Assembly: GCF_009914755.1 (NCBI RefSeq)
Contig: NC_060939.1
Direction: 5' to 3' (one strand)
Source of the DNA: the human T2T-CHM13v2.0 reference genome, Homo sapiens
Length of the DNA stretch: 64,000 bases
Part shown: piece after piece, positions 1-14,461 of the stretch
How positions within the stretch are numbered: the first letter of the stretch is position 1
Layout: each line of letters starts with the position of its first letter
Position numbers and translations under genes: made by a program
Notes under the pieces: model-generated
Seen by the model: only the letters and a program-made list of their open reading frames with translations
Told to the model about the DNA's origin: nothing
Database searches by the model: none

Positions 1-1069
1 TCTCAAACACCTAAAGATTTCGGCTTTTCTTTGCCCCATTCCTCTCTTTACAGAGCCACATTCATAGGTACTTGATACTGCTAAATAAACTAATTTCCCC
101 TAAACTAGTTTATAAATAACTTAGTTTATAATAAGTTTATAAACTAAACGCAGAGATTCCTCTTTCGAGCAACTAGACATCAAGGGTAGAGAAGACAAAC
201 CCAGAAGAGTTAAGCATTCACTGATTTATCAAATGAATCTCTAAATGTCAGGAGCTGTTAGAGGAGCTGGAGATTCCAAGATTAATAAGACACCTTTTGG
301 CTACTCATCTTAAAGAAAGAGTTGTGAAAATACTTACTATTAATAATTATTAAAAGAACAGGTCAGGCTCAGTGGCTCACACCTGTAATCCCAACACTTT
401 GGCAGGGAGAGGCGGGATCACTTGAGCCCAGGAGCTTGAGACTAGCCTAGGCAACACAGTGAGACCTCATCTCTACAAAAACTAGAAAAATTAGCCAGGC
501 CTGGTGGTGCACGCCTGTAGTCGTAGCTGCTGGGGAGGCTGAGCCCGGGAGGTCAAGGCTGGCTGCCGTGAACCGTGACTGAGCCACTACACTCCAGCCT
601 GGGCGACAGCGACCTTATCTTTAAAAAAAAAAAAAAAAAAAAAAAAGCAGCAGCCCACTCAAAACACTAAGAGGGCGTTCCCAAACTTTATGATGTAAAC
701 TCTTAAGTACTGAACCAAGAGTTACGGAAGTACAAAGTAATGCATTATTGTAATCATGTTTGTCTTCCCCAAACATGCGCGCCTCGCAAGAAAGAAGTGT
801 CTTACTCAACTTTTTAGGCACTGCTCCTATGTAACAGCAAGCACACAATATTTGCTGAATAAATGAAGGGACAAACTGGACTCTGTCCTTGAAGAAGAGG
901 ACTACATGTGAAAGAAAACGCTATTCACTTCAAGGACATGAAAAAAGTATCAGGATGATTCAAATTAGAGATGATCCTCAGCTGGCATCTTTAACTGAAA
1001 GAAATGGGCATGGGACTCGACCCTGTGACAGTTAATCAACCTGTGTTGAATAATGAAAGAATCAGCGCC

Positions 1070-1900
1070 TCAGCTGAGACCCGTTCCGGGTTCGCCGCAG
1101 GTGGCAATGGAGCTGGGTGCCGTCTCCGCCCACCCGGAACAGGAGAGCTGGGCTGCCAGAATGCAACGAGGCGAGCGTTTCAGGTCGGGGGAAAGGTTCT
1201 GTGAGGAAACCACGCTCGCCTCTGGGGCGTTTCCTGCAGCTGGCACCCTTCTCCCGCCACCTCTATGGCTGCAGGGAGGCCTCGGCGTGAGCCCTTGGGG
1301 CTCAGTCAGCCGAGCCTAGGCTCTGGACTCCCCCAACGGCCCAACTCTCCCTCAGCACTTACTGCCAGAAGGGGCCCTCCAGGCAGCAGCGACCCCCGCC
1401 CCGGCTGCCAGGCGTCAAAGAAAGCACTTGGAGGCTGCCCGCAGCCGTCAGGCTCCCCAGAGCCTCCGGCTGTGTGCGCAGCTGCGCCCGGGAGCCGAGC
1501 TGCCCCATCGCCTCGGCGGGGACTGGCACCAACAGCATCGGTAGAACCCGCCCCATGGCCGCGGTGCCCCAGCTACCGCCGGCGGAAGCAGCACTCGCGA
1601 CCCCTTCCTCTGCAGCCATCTTGGCCCGGCGGTTACTTCCGGTCACTTTCGCCGGAACCTGACTGCGTCGTGGGCATGCGCGGTGTACGTAGCGGCTCCC
1701 GCTCGGCCTCGTGACTCCCGCGGAGACCTCTCGGCTGTCTCCGGTCGATTCCATTCGTTTCCTGTGGGGGGCAGTACCAGCCTCTCTAGCAAAGCCACAT
1801 CTGCCCTGACGCCAGTCCCACTCTGCTTAACTGCTCTGGCATGCTTGAAGGCCTAGCTTAGCGTAGCAGGCCGTTGCAGCCGTTCTCGCTCTGTGGCATT
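1070..1900. promoter_or_regulatory. CpG island / TATA-less SPG11 promoter
   Basis: Dense CpG; YY1-type CAAGATGGC overlapping the ATG (1615-1623, - strand); ETS/GABP ACTTCCGG 1635-1642; NRF1-like GCATGCGC 1674-1681. Confidence 0.85.
1363..1619 (-). CDS. SPG11: Spatacsin, coding part of exon 1 (257 nt; gene continues off the left edge)
   Basis: ATG at 1619-1617 gives MAAEEGVASAASAGGSWGTAAMGRVLPMLLVPVP...CCLEGPFW, the spatacsin N-terminus; donor GCA|GTAAGT with GT at 1362-1361. Confidence 0.97.
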
Positions 1901-2544
1901 GCTCTTTGCCTTCTTGGTCCAGCTGCCTCCAGCTCCCTTGGAACCCAGTTCCTGCCTCTTTTCTTCGCTTTTCTTATTGTGCTGTTCGCTTACAGGCTCT
2001 GGGGTGGTGCCATTTCCTTGGTAGCATGGACCGTCTTACAGTGTGGATCCATAGTAAGGGTGTTGACCCGAAATTTGAAGTCAAATAATATCCATTGTAA
2101 CAGTCAGAGAGACGGGGTAAGTAAGGGGTGGAGATGGTAGAGAGCTCCTGTCTGTTTTCTCAGGGAAGTATGATCCAAGATCAAGAGAAGGAGAGGAGCA
2201 AAGAGTTTGAGGTGAGAAGAGGGGTTGAATAGGTATTTTGGTAAAGTCTCCTAAAAGACAACTGTACCTTCTTAACACATCTTCCACATTCAGAACATTT
2301 CAGCATAAATGTAACCTCTATTGACAGGCCTCCCCAAGCCATTCAACCTAAGGTCCCTTCTACTGCAGTCTCTCACCTAGTTTTGTTTTTAATCATAGTA
2401 TTTATCACTACTTGATATTTTCTGCCAGTTCCTGTCCAATAAGAATGTAAACTTCAAAAGAGCAAGGACTTTGTTGCTCACCACTGTCCTGGCTAGTACC
2501 TAAAACAGTGCATGTTTCATGAAAGGTACTCCCGCATTTGTTGA

Positions 2545-2808
<264 letters not shown>

Positions 2809-3367
2809 TGATTTACCTGTCCCAGCCTGGAAGTGCTAAGATTACAGACGTGAGCCACCGTGCCCAGCTGAAACCAAACGTTTTCTATCACAAGGGAGAT
2901 ATATTCAACCTTCTAAGCTTAGCTGGGGCTGTGTTCTTTCTGTAAAAAATGGCAACGTTAAAGCAATTTCTAAGGTTACACTTGTGTTAGCTACAACAAA
3001 GCCTTGTCCCTTATAATCAGGACAGTCTTCTCATGCCTGTAAATCCCAGCACTTTGGGAGGCCAAGTTGGGAGGATCACTGGAGCCCACCCTTGCCAACA
3101 TAGGGAGACCCTTGTCTCTACAAAAAAAATCAAAAAAAATTTTTTTTGAGAGTTTTGCTCTTGTTGTCCAGGCTGGAGTGCAATGGCACAGTCTTGGCTC
3201 ACTGCAACCTCTAACCTCTGCCTCCTGGGTTCAAGCGATTCCCCTGCCTCAGCCTCCGAGTAGCTGGGATTACAGGCGTGTGCCACCATGCCTGGCTGAT
3301 TTTGTATTTTTAGTAGAGACGCGGTTTCTTCACGTTGGTCAGGCTGTTCTCAAACTCCCGACCCTCA

Positions 3368-3469
<102 letters not shown>

Positions 3470-3718
3470 TCACATGCCTATAATCCAAGCTACTCAGAAG
3501 ACTGAGGTGGGAGGATCACTTGAGCCTGGAGGTCAATGCTGCAGTAAGCCATGATGGTGGCACTGCACTCCCACATGGGTGACAGAGTAAGACCCTGTCT
3601 CAAAAAAAAAAAAAAAAAAAAAAAGAAAAAGGACATTCCTGGAGCACTCACACATAGGATAGCCTTCATTACAGGTTTTAACTTACAAGCAAGTTCCAAC
3701 ACATCATTCTATTATCTC

Positions 3719-3724
3719 TTTAAT
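3719..3724 (-). terminator. Probable PATL2 polyadenylation signal (ATTAAA)
   Basis: ATTAAA on - strand about 200 nt after the stop codon. Confidence 0.6.
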
Positions 3725-3924
3725 TATACCTTATTATGCCATGTCTTATTTTTAGGCACATCATTTAGATTTTTGAAGAAAGGATATGAAAATGGGGAAG
3801 GGTTCTCCAATATATAAAGGCATAAGAAATGTCTTCAGACTCTCTGGATCCCTGTAAACATAGTCTATGTAGCTAGTGTCTGATGATTCAACTTCCCACA
3901 TACACGTATTCCAGAACAAACAGA

Positions 3925-3943
3925 TCAGTAAATCCAGGCAAAC
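3925..3943 (-). CDS. PATL2: PATL2 last coding exon (E|FAWIY*)
   Basis: Acceptor TTTATAG|G TTT GCC TGG ATT TAC TGA; the 15 exons sum to 1632 nt = 543 aa + stop. Confidence 0.93.
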
Positions 3944-4362
3944 CTATAAAGAGAACAGATATTAACTGCAAGCACAATTCTACTTTGCAAGTATTTATAT
4001 GATTTAATTAGTATCTGACTCTTTCTAGCAGTAATTCTGAGGACAGAGATGACCATGTTATTCATGCTTATATCCTAGAATAGTTGTCCCTCAAGTATTT
4101 CTTGAATGAATAATTCAGGTTCTTAAATTAATTCTTGCCCTCAAATAGGTTAGCACTATAAATGACCAAAGCACCTGGAATAAAAGGTTGGCTGAAGACT
4201 TAGTCAAGAATGGTTACTCAGTAAATGTCAGTGTGTAGAACCACTTCTAAAAACACATGATCCTTCATGCTCATAATTTAGAAGAAGGAAGTAGTGAAGC
4301 AAGTAACAGAACATAGATTGGGCTTGAACAAGGGGCTTTGACCTTGTTTCTGCCATTACTTA

Positions 4363-4581
<219 letters not shown>

Positions 4582-5076
4582 TTATTATCTTTCCGTTACT
4601 ACTACCATTGTCCCCCACCCCCAGGTAGCAATTCAGAGGTAACATTTGCATGTTTGGTACGTGCCAAGCAATGCTTAGTGCTTTACACATTTCCCTTCCT
4701 ATTTAATCTTAAGAACTATGAGGGGTTAATACCATCATCCCTAGTTTGTAGATAAAGAAACAAACTAAGAGAAGTGAGAAGTGAAAGAACTTGCCCTAAA
4801 GTTATATTGCTAGTAAGTGATACAGCCAGAATTCAAACGTAGGTCTTTTTAAAATCTAAAGCTTGTCCCCTTAGGTACTATGTTATACTGCCTCCTAGAA
4901 GAAACCGAAACTCTAGGGCACTATAGAAAAAAAGCAGAACAGCTACAACACTGCTACTACTTTCTCTATCCAACCTCTTCCTCAGTACTTGAAAATGCCT
5001 CAGGAAATACTTCACCTGGCTCAGTCTGCACATCCCGAGGGTACTAGATAGTATTTACAAGGCCTTTATGATCTTA

Positions 5077-5244
<168 letters not shown>

Positions 5245-5713
5245 TTATCTTCCCAACTAAAGGACAGGTTCACATTTAGAGATAGAGCTCAAAATATCCA
5301 CAAGTGCTGTCAGGTTTTACACTGGTGAGCCAAAGAACTCTCTAACCCTTTCCATAGGAATCACTGCTCTGAACTTTTCCAAAAGACACTCTTGGAGAGC
5401 TGATTAAATGCATACTTCTAGGCTTAACTCCTAGGAGTAGGAGATCGGGAATGCATCCAGGAATCTGAGGCAGGTAGTCTGTGGACCCCACTTTAAGAGG
5501 CACTTCTTTAAGCAAAGACCTTCAGTATGGCATACATGAGATAACCCACTGGGATATTAGAAGAGAGCATCAAAATTTTCACATCTAGAGTCTCATTCTT
5601 TAAAATTTTCTGTCTTTTATTATATACCTATTGGCTGGGCGCAGTGGCTCATGCCTGTAATTCCAGCACTTTGGGAGGCCGAGGCAGGCGAATCACTTAA
5701 AGTTAGGAGTTCA

Positions 5714-5905
<192 letters not shown>

Positions 5906-6286
5906 CTATCTAAAAAATAAAAAAAGAAAATATTTATTATGTACCTATTATTACTAGTGTTACATGTATTTGATTTATAAACACATGGGTAGTGTGGTTT
6001 AGAATATTTTTTTACTGAAAGGGGTATACAAGAGTTTGGAGACCTGCTTTAGAGACTCACATCAGCAGCAATCAGGGAGCTTATTAGAAAAGCAGAGCAG
6101 GTGCATGGGCCCCACCCCAGACCTACTGAATGACTGAGTGGGACCAAGGAGCTGGGTTTAATAAGCTTCCAGGTGATCATGTGCTTACTAGAAATAGAGA
6201 AGCACTGCAGAGGATAAGATTTGTGTAGAGATGAGACTGTCCCCCAACTTACCCCTTATCAGTGATACCAACCTGAAAGCCATCTA

Positions 6287-6649
<363 letters not shown>

Positions 6650-6951
6650 CTAAGAAAAGTAGATAGGGGCTCAACATTTATCAGGGCGTCCTAATCTTTT
6701 ACTCAGACCTCCTCAGCACACTGACACCTGTGCAACCATACACCTGTTGCTTTTTGTTCGTCATACCTGAAGATGATCCACTGTTCCTATAATAGTTCTG
6801 TAACTTCCTTGCCTGAGGGTGGCAAGGCCAGCATCCCTCGCTGTGCCCAGCACCTTCTCTGGCATCTCTGGGGCATGTGGGGACTGGAGGGGAGGAATGA
6901 CCCCTAACCTATTCAGGAGACCATCCTCTTCTCCACTCAATGCCACAGTAC

Positions 6952-7111
6952 CTGATCAGCCACATCCCTCCGGACCAGGAGGGGCAGATGGTGGGTGATA
7001 GCCAAAAGAATGGTAACAGCCTGATCCTGGGGCAGGAAGGGGAGCAGCCGGGCCACCAGGGCCTTCCCCTTCCTCACAGAGAGCACCTGCAGGAAGCCAT
7101 CTGCTGCCTCT
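6952..7111 (-). CDS. PATL2: PATL2 coding exon 11 ([26 protein letters not shown]...DVADQ)
   Basis: AG/GT-bounded 160 nt; conserved Pat1 RKGK motif. Confidence 0.96.
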
Positions 7112-7250
7112 CTGCAAGGGAGAGAGGAGAACATTTTCAGAGCTCTGCATAGAGGAGAGGGCTACATGCCACAAAGGAGAGGCAGAAGCAAGACCAGTGT
7201 CTTTGCTGCTCCTTCCCTTCCTGGGCTGAGGTGGAACCCTCCCACACTCA

Positions 7251-7430
<180 letters not shown>

Positions 7431-7481
7431 TCATTCTCAAAGGTAGGTTTGGAACTCGTCCCTAAGGAACTGATATCTCAC

Positions 7482-7535
7482 CTTCTCAATCCGGTATAAT
7501 ACCCGAAGCCTCTGACTGCTTGCAGCTTCTATATC
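7482..7535 (-). CDS. PATL2: PATL2 coding exon 9 (DIEAASSQRLRVLYRIEK)
   Basis: AG/GT-bounded 54 nt. Confidence 0.94.
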
Positions 7536-7748
7536 CTAGGAGAAGGGAGTCACCAGCTATCAGCTACACTGCCACTGCCACAGCCCTAGCCCAGGCCCCC
7601 AACTAGCTAGAGATTGAGCTGGAAAGGCTAGAAACAAAGTCTGATCACACTTCTTCCTCCTTCTTCGGTCACAGTCTTAAACACAAGAATGTTCTAGACC
7701 CTTCTTCCAAAGGGGAGAGAAAAATGTCTGGGAAGATAGTGCTCCCAC

Positions 7749-8437
<689 letters not shown>

Positions 8438-9270
8438 TTACAGGCGAGCCATTGTGCCCAGACAAGCACGGCCTCTTAACACTCTTTCCTACAACAATCA
8501 TTCCAGAAATGATGCTGGCACCTTAGGCCCTCCTTGCAGTTATTCTAAAGTGTCTTAAGCACCCTGGGCCCCACATCACCCATCTTGGAATTCACATACC
8601 AAATACTTAAAGACCAGATACCACCACCAAGTCTGATGAAAGGTCAGAGAGCAAAGTGGAGAGCCAGTGAGCAAACCTGTTCCAGCGTCTGTAACCTTCC
8701 TGCATTCCTCATGCTCTAGTACCCACACACTGCATACCACCTGTCCTCCCCACTTCCCCATTTAATCTTGTGATCTCACCTGTGCTTTCTAAAAATCAGT
8801 TATCTGATGGTATGAAGGCCATCCAGAGGTTTAAGCACAGAACTAGCTATAGGGAAGTGTTTGTCAGTTGCCCTCTAGGCCAGTTTTATACTTCTGTGGA
8901 TTTGCTCAGCAGCTCTGACATTTTCTTAAAGTTGAGAAATCCTAAACTAAAATCCACTGACAAGCCAAACAAGGATTTGAAAAAGGCTCTTTTGTTTAGA
9001 AGCAATGCCAAAAAGGCAAGAATACAAAACTATTTCACTTTCAGTGACCCTCGCAGAAAAAGGAGGGCTTTTGAAGCTTGGTGGAAAGAAAGGAAAAATA
9101 CCTAATGTAAATGAGAAGGCAATAAGGATGGGGCACTGGATGGGAGGCTCCCAGATGTTGAGGTGAAAGTGAAACAGCCAGCCGGGCGCGGTTGCTCATG
9201 CCTGTAATCTCAGCACTTGGGAGGCCGAGGCGGGTGGATCACTTGAGGTCAGAAGTTCAAGACCAGCCTA

Positions 9271-9492
<222 letters not shown>

Positions 9493-9917
9493 CTAGACAA
9501 CCCAAAAACTTGTGGATAAAGACTTGCCCCATAAATAAAGGCAGAAGGAAGCAGGGGAAAATGAGTAAAAATATCTGCTGTCGTTCTTTCAATTAAACAA
9601 ACTGAATCCCACTATTTATAACATCCCTGTGCTTTAGATCTAAAAAGTCAAAGTAGATGAATATAACAAGACATTTCTCAGCATACACAGGTGGGAAAAT
9701 CCATATTTCCTGGGTGAACAGGGAAAATTCTTAGCAAAGAGTAGAGACAAAACCCAAGTGTGTTTGGGGAACTGGAAATAATCTTAGTTGGCTGAAATGT
9801 AGGAAGATAGAGAGAAATGAGTTTGGGATGTCAATTTTAGAAATACGGCCCCCATCCTGTAGTGATTCTCTCTCCCACCTGAACAGACATGACCTCTATG
9901 AGCCGAAGAGAGGATCA

Positions 9918-10130
<213 letters not shown>

Positions 10131-10359
10131 TTAAGCCAGGAGGAACAACCCTTTAGACTTACCCACCACTGGCACTTCCTAAGGAGTGTGGTGAGCAGGA
10201 AGTGGGGCTCTCTGGGAAGGATGGAGCAAGCACAGAGGTGGGCAACAGTATGAGAGTTTTAACCACCACATGGGAGATTTGAGGGAGACAACTGGTCACA
10301 AGGGGAGACCCGGCATGCAAATGGGCTCCCCTCAACCCTGCTCCTGGTCTGGGCTTTAC

Positions 10360-10428
10360 CTTGGTGTTTGACTATGCTGCTGCTGCTGCAAGATTCGTTG
10401 GTGCCGAGGGTGGAGCTGGGTCAGATGA
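10360..10428 (-). CDS. PATL2: PATL2 coding exon 5 ([22 protein letters not shown])
   Basis: AG/GT-bounded 69 nt. Confidence 0.93.
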
Positions 10429-10753
10429 CTGGGAAGACAAGAAGTAACGAGCTGGGTGGAAGGAAGCTCTCAGTTCTCTGCCCCCTCCATTCATTCAGCC
10501 CAGGTCAGCTCTGATGGACATCTAAGGAACCTTATCTGTTTAGGTACTTTCCCAAAGTCAGCCACATGGCACATCATAGTCCTAGACCCACAGGGTTCCC
10601 AAGCTCCTCCAACATCTATTTTCCTGCAATTTGGCTGCAGGAAATCTTGGAACAGTAGAAAACATTTTGGCCTGGTCATCAGGAGTTCTGAATAGTAGTC
10701 TCAGTTCCATCATGCTACCTGATTGCAAATAAATTTTTATTTTTAATTTTTGA

Positions 10754-10891
<138 letters not shown>

Positions 10892-10894
10892 TAG

Positions 10895-11080
<186 letters not shown>

Positions 11081-11206
11081 TTAGACTATACCTCAGACTT
11101 CTCTTACTAGTTTTCTGTGTTTCCCTGTGGCAACTGGTAGGCATGGTCCCCGCCCCTCCTCAGCCAGCACCTCCTGAGACCTCTGGGGAGAACCTCAAAC
11201 CAGTAC

Positions 11207-11349
11207 CTGAACCTAGGGGGCCACGAGGTCAGCAGGCTGCAGAAGAGAGTTGGGTCTGGTGAGGGCAGCCGAGGTCCAAAGTGCTGTGCTGGAGAGCTGG
11301 TGCTGGGAAATGTAGGCCAGAAAGGGATGGGCGACAGGTAGTCCAAGGT
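11207..11349 (-). CDS. PATL2: PATL2 coding exon 4 ([11 protein letters not shown]...WPPRF)
   Basis: AG/GT-bounded 143 nt, proline-rich. Confidence 0.93.
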
Positions 11350-12120
11350 CTGAGAGAGGAATTAAGAGGTCTGGGAGAACGCCATCTCCACCAAAAGAAT
11401 GCTGCTCTTGTTGTGAGGGCTCAGTTCCTTTCCTACCTTTTCCCCTCAAGAACTTCACCCAACATTGTGCCATCTTGTGAGTCCCTCAAGGCAGCTTTGG
11501 GGGCACCAGACTATGGTTCCTGCCCTTGTTTCAACAGGGCTTGACTAGGAAGCAGCTCTTCATTCCCTGACAATGCAGGGTCATGTGCTTTTCCTACCAT
11601 TTGGAAAGTCAACACTTCTCACCCTCCTCTCTATAATAGTCTTCTCTTGGGCTGTCTTCAGCCGCTGGGGCAGTACTCATCTGTCTTTTCTGACTCACTC
11701 AAAGCCCTCCTCAGAGCTCTAATTCCTTCTAGTTCTCCCTGAAGGATATCCTGGTTCTTGAATTCCTCTACCCCAGGCCATGTTCCCATTACACAGTTAA
11801 CTGCAGGGCAGGTGCTCTTTCCAGCTAAGCGCTGGCCATCTGCTGAAAGATTGCCTAAGGCAGGAGTAAGGGATCTAGTTTGTCCTTGTTCATACAAATG
11901 GCCAGTTGTCCCAGTACCACTTATTAAGGTGTCTATCCATGCCCCTGCTTGGGCACACCACCTCTGTCATTTATCAAGCTCCTCTATGATGGGGCAACTC
12001 CCACCTCCCACACCCATACCTCACTTTGGGTGCCTTAACTCCAGACCAGGGTTGGGGGTAGACTGAACATAATAGATGGAATCCTCACTACCCACAGTAT
12101 GGAGACTGCAGCAGACTCAC

Positions 12121-12201
12121 CTGCCACAGAAAATGCAAGGAGGCAAGTGACATTCCCAGCACACCAGGGGCCTTGACTCCAGGGGAGCTAAGCAGAGCTC
12201 T
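12121..12201 (-). CDS. PATL2: PATL2 coding exon 3 ([27 protein letters not shown])
   Basis: AG/GT-bounded 81 nt. Confidence 0.93.
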
Positions 12202-12403
12202 CTGGAACAGGAGGGAGGAAAAACCAGGCTCAAATGGGCCCCTGTAGTGTCTTCTGCATTCACCTGTGTTTTTGAGGTGGTGGGAGGAAGCAGCAAGACC
12301 AGGTGTTCCAACATCCAGGGCAGTGGCAGCTTGGCCCTCCCTCAGATTCAAAGTCAGCTGGGCCAGGATCCCTCTCCCTCTCCTGGGAGGAATAAGACTA
12401 GTG

Positions 12404-13032
12404 CAGTGGTCCTCCCTTATTCATGAGACATATATGTTCCGAGACCCCCAAGGGATGCCTAGAACTGGATAGTACTAAACCCTGTGTATAGTGCTTTTTT
12501 CTTATATATACATGCCTATGATAGTTTATATATATATTTAAAAAAAATTTTTTTTAGAGTCAGGGTCTTGCTCTGTCACCCAGGCTGGAGTGCAGTGGCA
12601 CCATCATAGCTCACTGCAGGCTCAAACTCCTGAGCTCAAGCCATCCTCCTGCCTCAGACTTCTAAGTAGCTGAGACTACAGGCATGTGCTACCATATCTG
12701 GCTAATTTTTGAAAATTTTTTTTCTTTTTTTTTGTAGCGACAGGGTCTTGCTTTGTTGCCCAGGCTGGTGTGGAAGTCCTGGCCTCTAGCAACCCTCCCA
12801 AAGTGCTGGGATTACAGACATAAGCCACTGCCCCTGGCCAGTTTAATTTAAGAATTAGACACAATAAGAAATGAACAATAAAAATAGAACAGTTATAACA
12901 ATATACTGTAATAAAAGTTATGTGAATGTGGTCTCTCTTAAAATACCTTATTGTACTATACTTGCCTATTTTCAGACTATAGTTGACCAAGGGTAACTGA
13001 AATGGCAGAAAGTGAAACCATGGACTACTGTA
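12404..13032. mobile_element. MER44/Tigger-type DNA transposon remnant split by an Alu (12548-12839, -)
   Basis: CAGT.GTCC.CCCTTAT start and ...GAAACCATGGACTACTGTA end resemble Tigger7/MER44 terminal inverted repeats. Confidence 0.6.
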
Positions 13033-13456
13033 CCTTAGTAGTAGGTTGAAGGAAGTTCTGAAATCACCTCATATCTACATAGGAGTCCTTGTCCTTCTCC
13101 ACTAGTTATGGGATCCAGGGGAATAAATACCAGGAATGGACTACTGAGACAGAGGGGCCCAGGATCAGGCAAACGTGACTCACCTTTAACGCTAGTAGCA
13201 GGGCCACCGCCTGTGGGCGATGCACAGCTCTGCTAGGACCTGGTTTTAAGGCGAGAACAGCATCAGAAATGAAGTGGGAGACAGGAGAAAGAGGGAAGGA
13301 GAGAGTCCCTAACTCAAGTTCAAGGCTTAAAAAGAAAGTGTTAATCCAGAACTTGTCTTAGAAAAGGGTAGAAAAGAGAAGAGGAATGTTTAGTGACAGC
13401 CTGTGAGCCACAGACAGTTCAGGACAACCCTCTCCCATTCCCTTCTGCCATGGTAC

Positions 13457-13662
13457 CTGGGTGTTGTGGACAGCACCAAGTACAGCTGGATCCCCAAGAT
13501 CATTCTCTTCCTCCTCTAGGTCTGGGTCCAGATCTGGGTCCAGATCCTCCTCGTCCTCCTCCTCTTCCTCCTCCTCCCCTTCATTCTCTTCTTCTTTTTC
13601 CAACTGGCAGGCAGACACCAGCTCCTCCTCAGAAGCCAAGGGGCCACAGGTCTTACCTGGCC
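13457..13662 (-). CDS. PATL2: PATL2 coding exon 2 ([13 protein letters not shown]...acidic tract...[12 protein letters not shown])
   Basis: AG/GT-bounded 206 nt; Glu/Asp-rich GAG-type tract and a 12-nt tandem duplication (13521-13544, DPDLDPDL). Confidence 0.93.
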
Positions 13663-14445
13663 CTTGGTTTAAGTGTGGGCCAGAGGAGAAGGTAAGATGG
13701 GGCTCAGCTGTGAGTCTTGTCTAGAGAGGCTGCTACTCAATAGCACTTCTGTTCATAAGCCATCTCCAGCACCACCTTTGAACATAACGCCTCCTGTTCT
13801 GTGGGTTTAACTCGGCCTCCCTTCTCCCAAGGTGCCCCGAACCATCCCCCAGTAAGTCAAATGGAACCTGAGCCAGGTGTGGTGGCTCGTGCCTGTAGTC
13901 CCAGTTACTTGGGAGGCCAAGGCGGGAAGATCATTTGGGCCCAGGAGTTTGAGATCAGCCTGGGCAACACAGTGAGACCCTGTCTCTAAGTAAAAAATTT
14001 AAAAAGCAAACAAAAGGAACCCGGCAGATACCAAACACCTTCACTTTCACATCCCCTCTTCAATTCCTTCATTAAGTTCTAGCACAGCCTTTTCCATCTG
14101 CTCTGCCCCACCCAACGCCCTTTCTATTGCCTCTTTGAACAAGTTCCACCTGCCCTGACTCACTGCAATTTAACCCTACTGTGTGCCATATACTTTACGT
14201 GCATATGTTCATTTAACAGTAATATGAGGCTGTCCTGGGTTGTTGTTGATAATTTTACTAGGTTGGTGAGAAAAATAAAGCCCAGAAGAGTGACCTTTCA
14301 GTCACCCATTATGATATAATTAGCAAGTGGAAGAATTTGGAATAACTTCCAGTGACTCTGGACATCCAATCCCATATGTGAAACAGACCAGCAACCTCTG
14401 CATGCTGGGGCATTTTATATAACATCACGGCCCACTTGTTGATAC

Positions 14446-14461
14446 CTTCAAGGCAATTCAT
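14446..14461 (-). CDS. PATL2: PATL2 start exon, coding part (MNCLE G|); the exon begins at 14536 with 75 nt of 5'UTR
   Basis: AAG ATG AAT TGC CTT GAA G|GTATC; upstream acceptor TTTCTTGTCTCAG| at 14538-14537 implies further upstream non-coding exon(s). Confidence 0.9.

Noticed and set aside
101-150. AT-rich inverted repeat TTAGTTTATA...TATAAACTAA
   Set aside because: 10-bp AT stem within low-complexity sequence; no supporting context
1265-1714. 149-aa + strand ORF over the SPG11 CpG island
   Set aside because: GC-rich antisense shadow of SPG11 exon 1 with no recognisable domain
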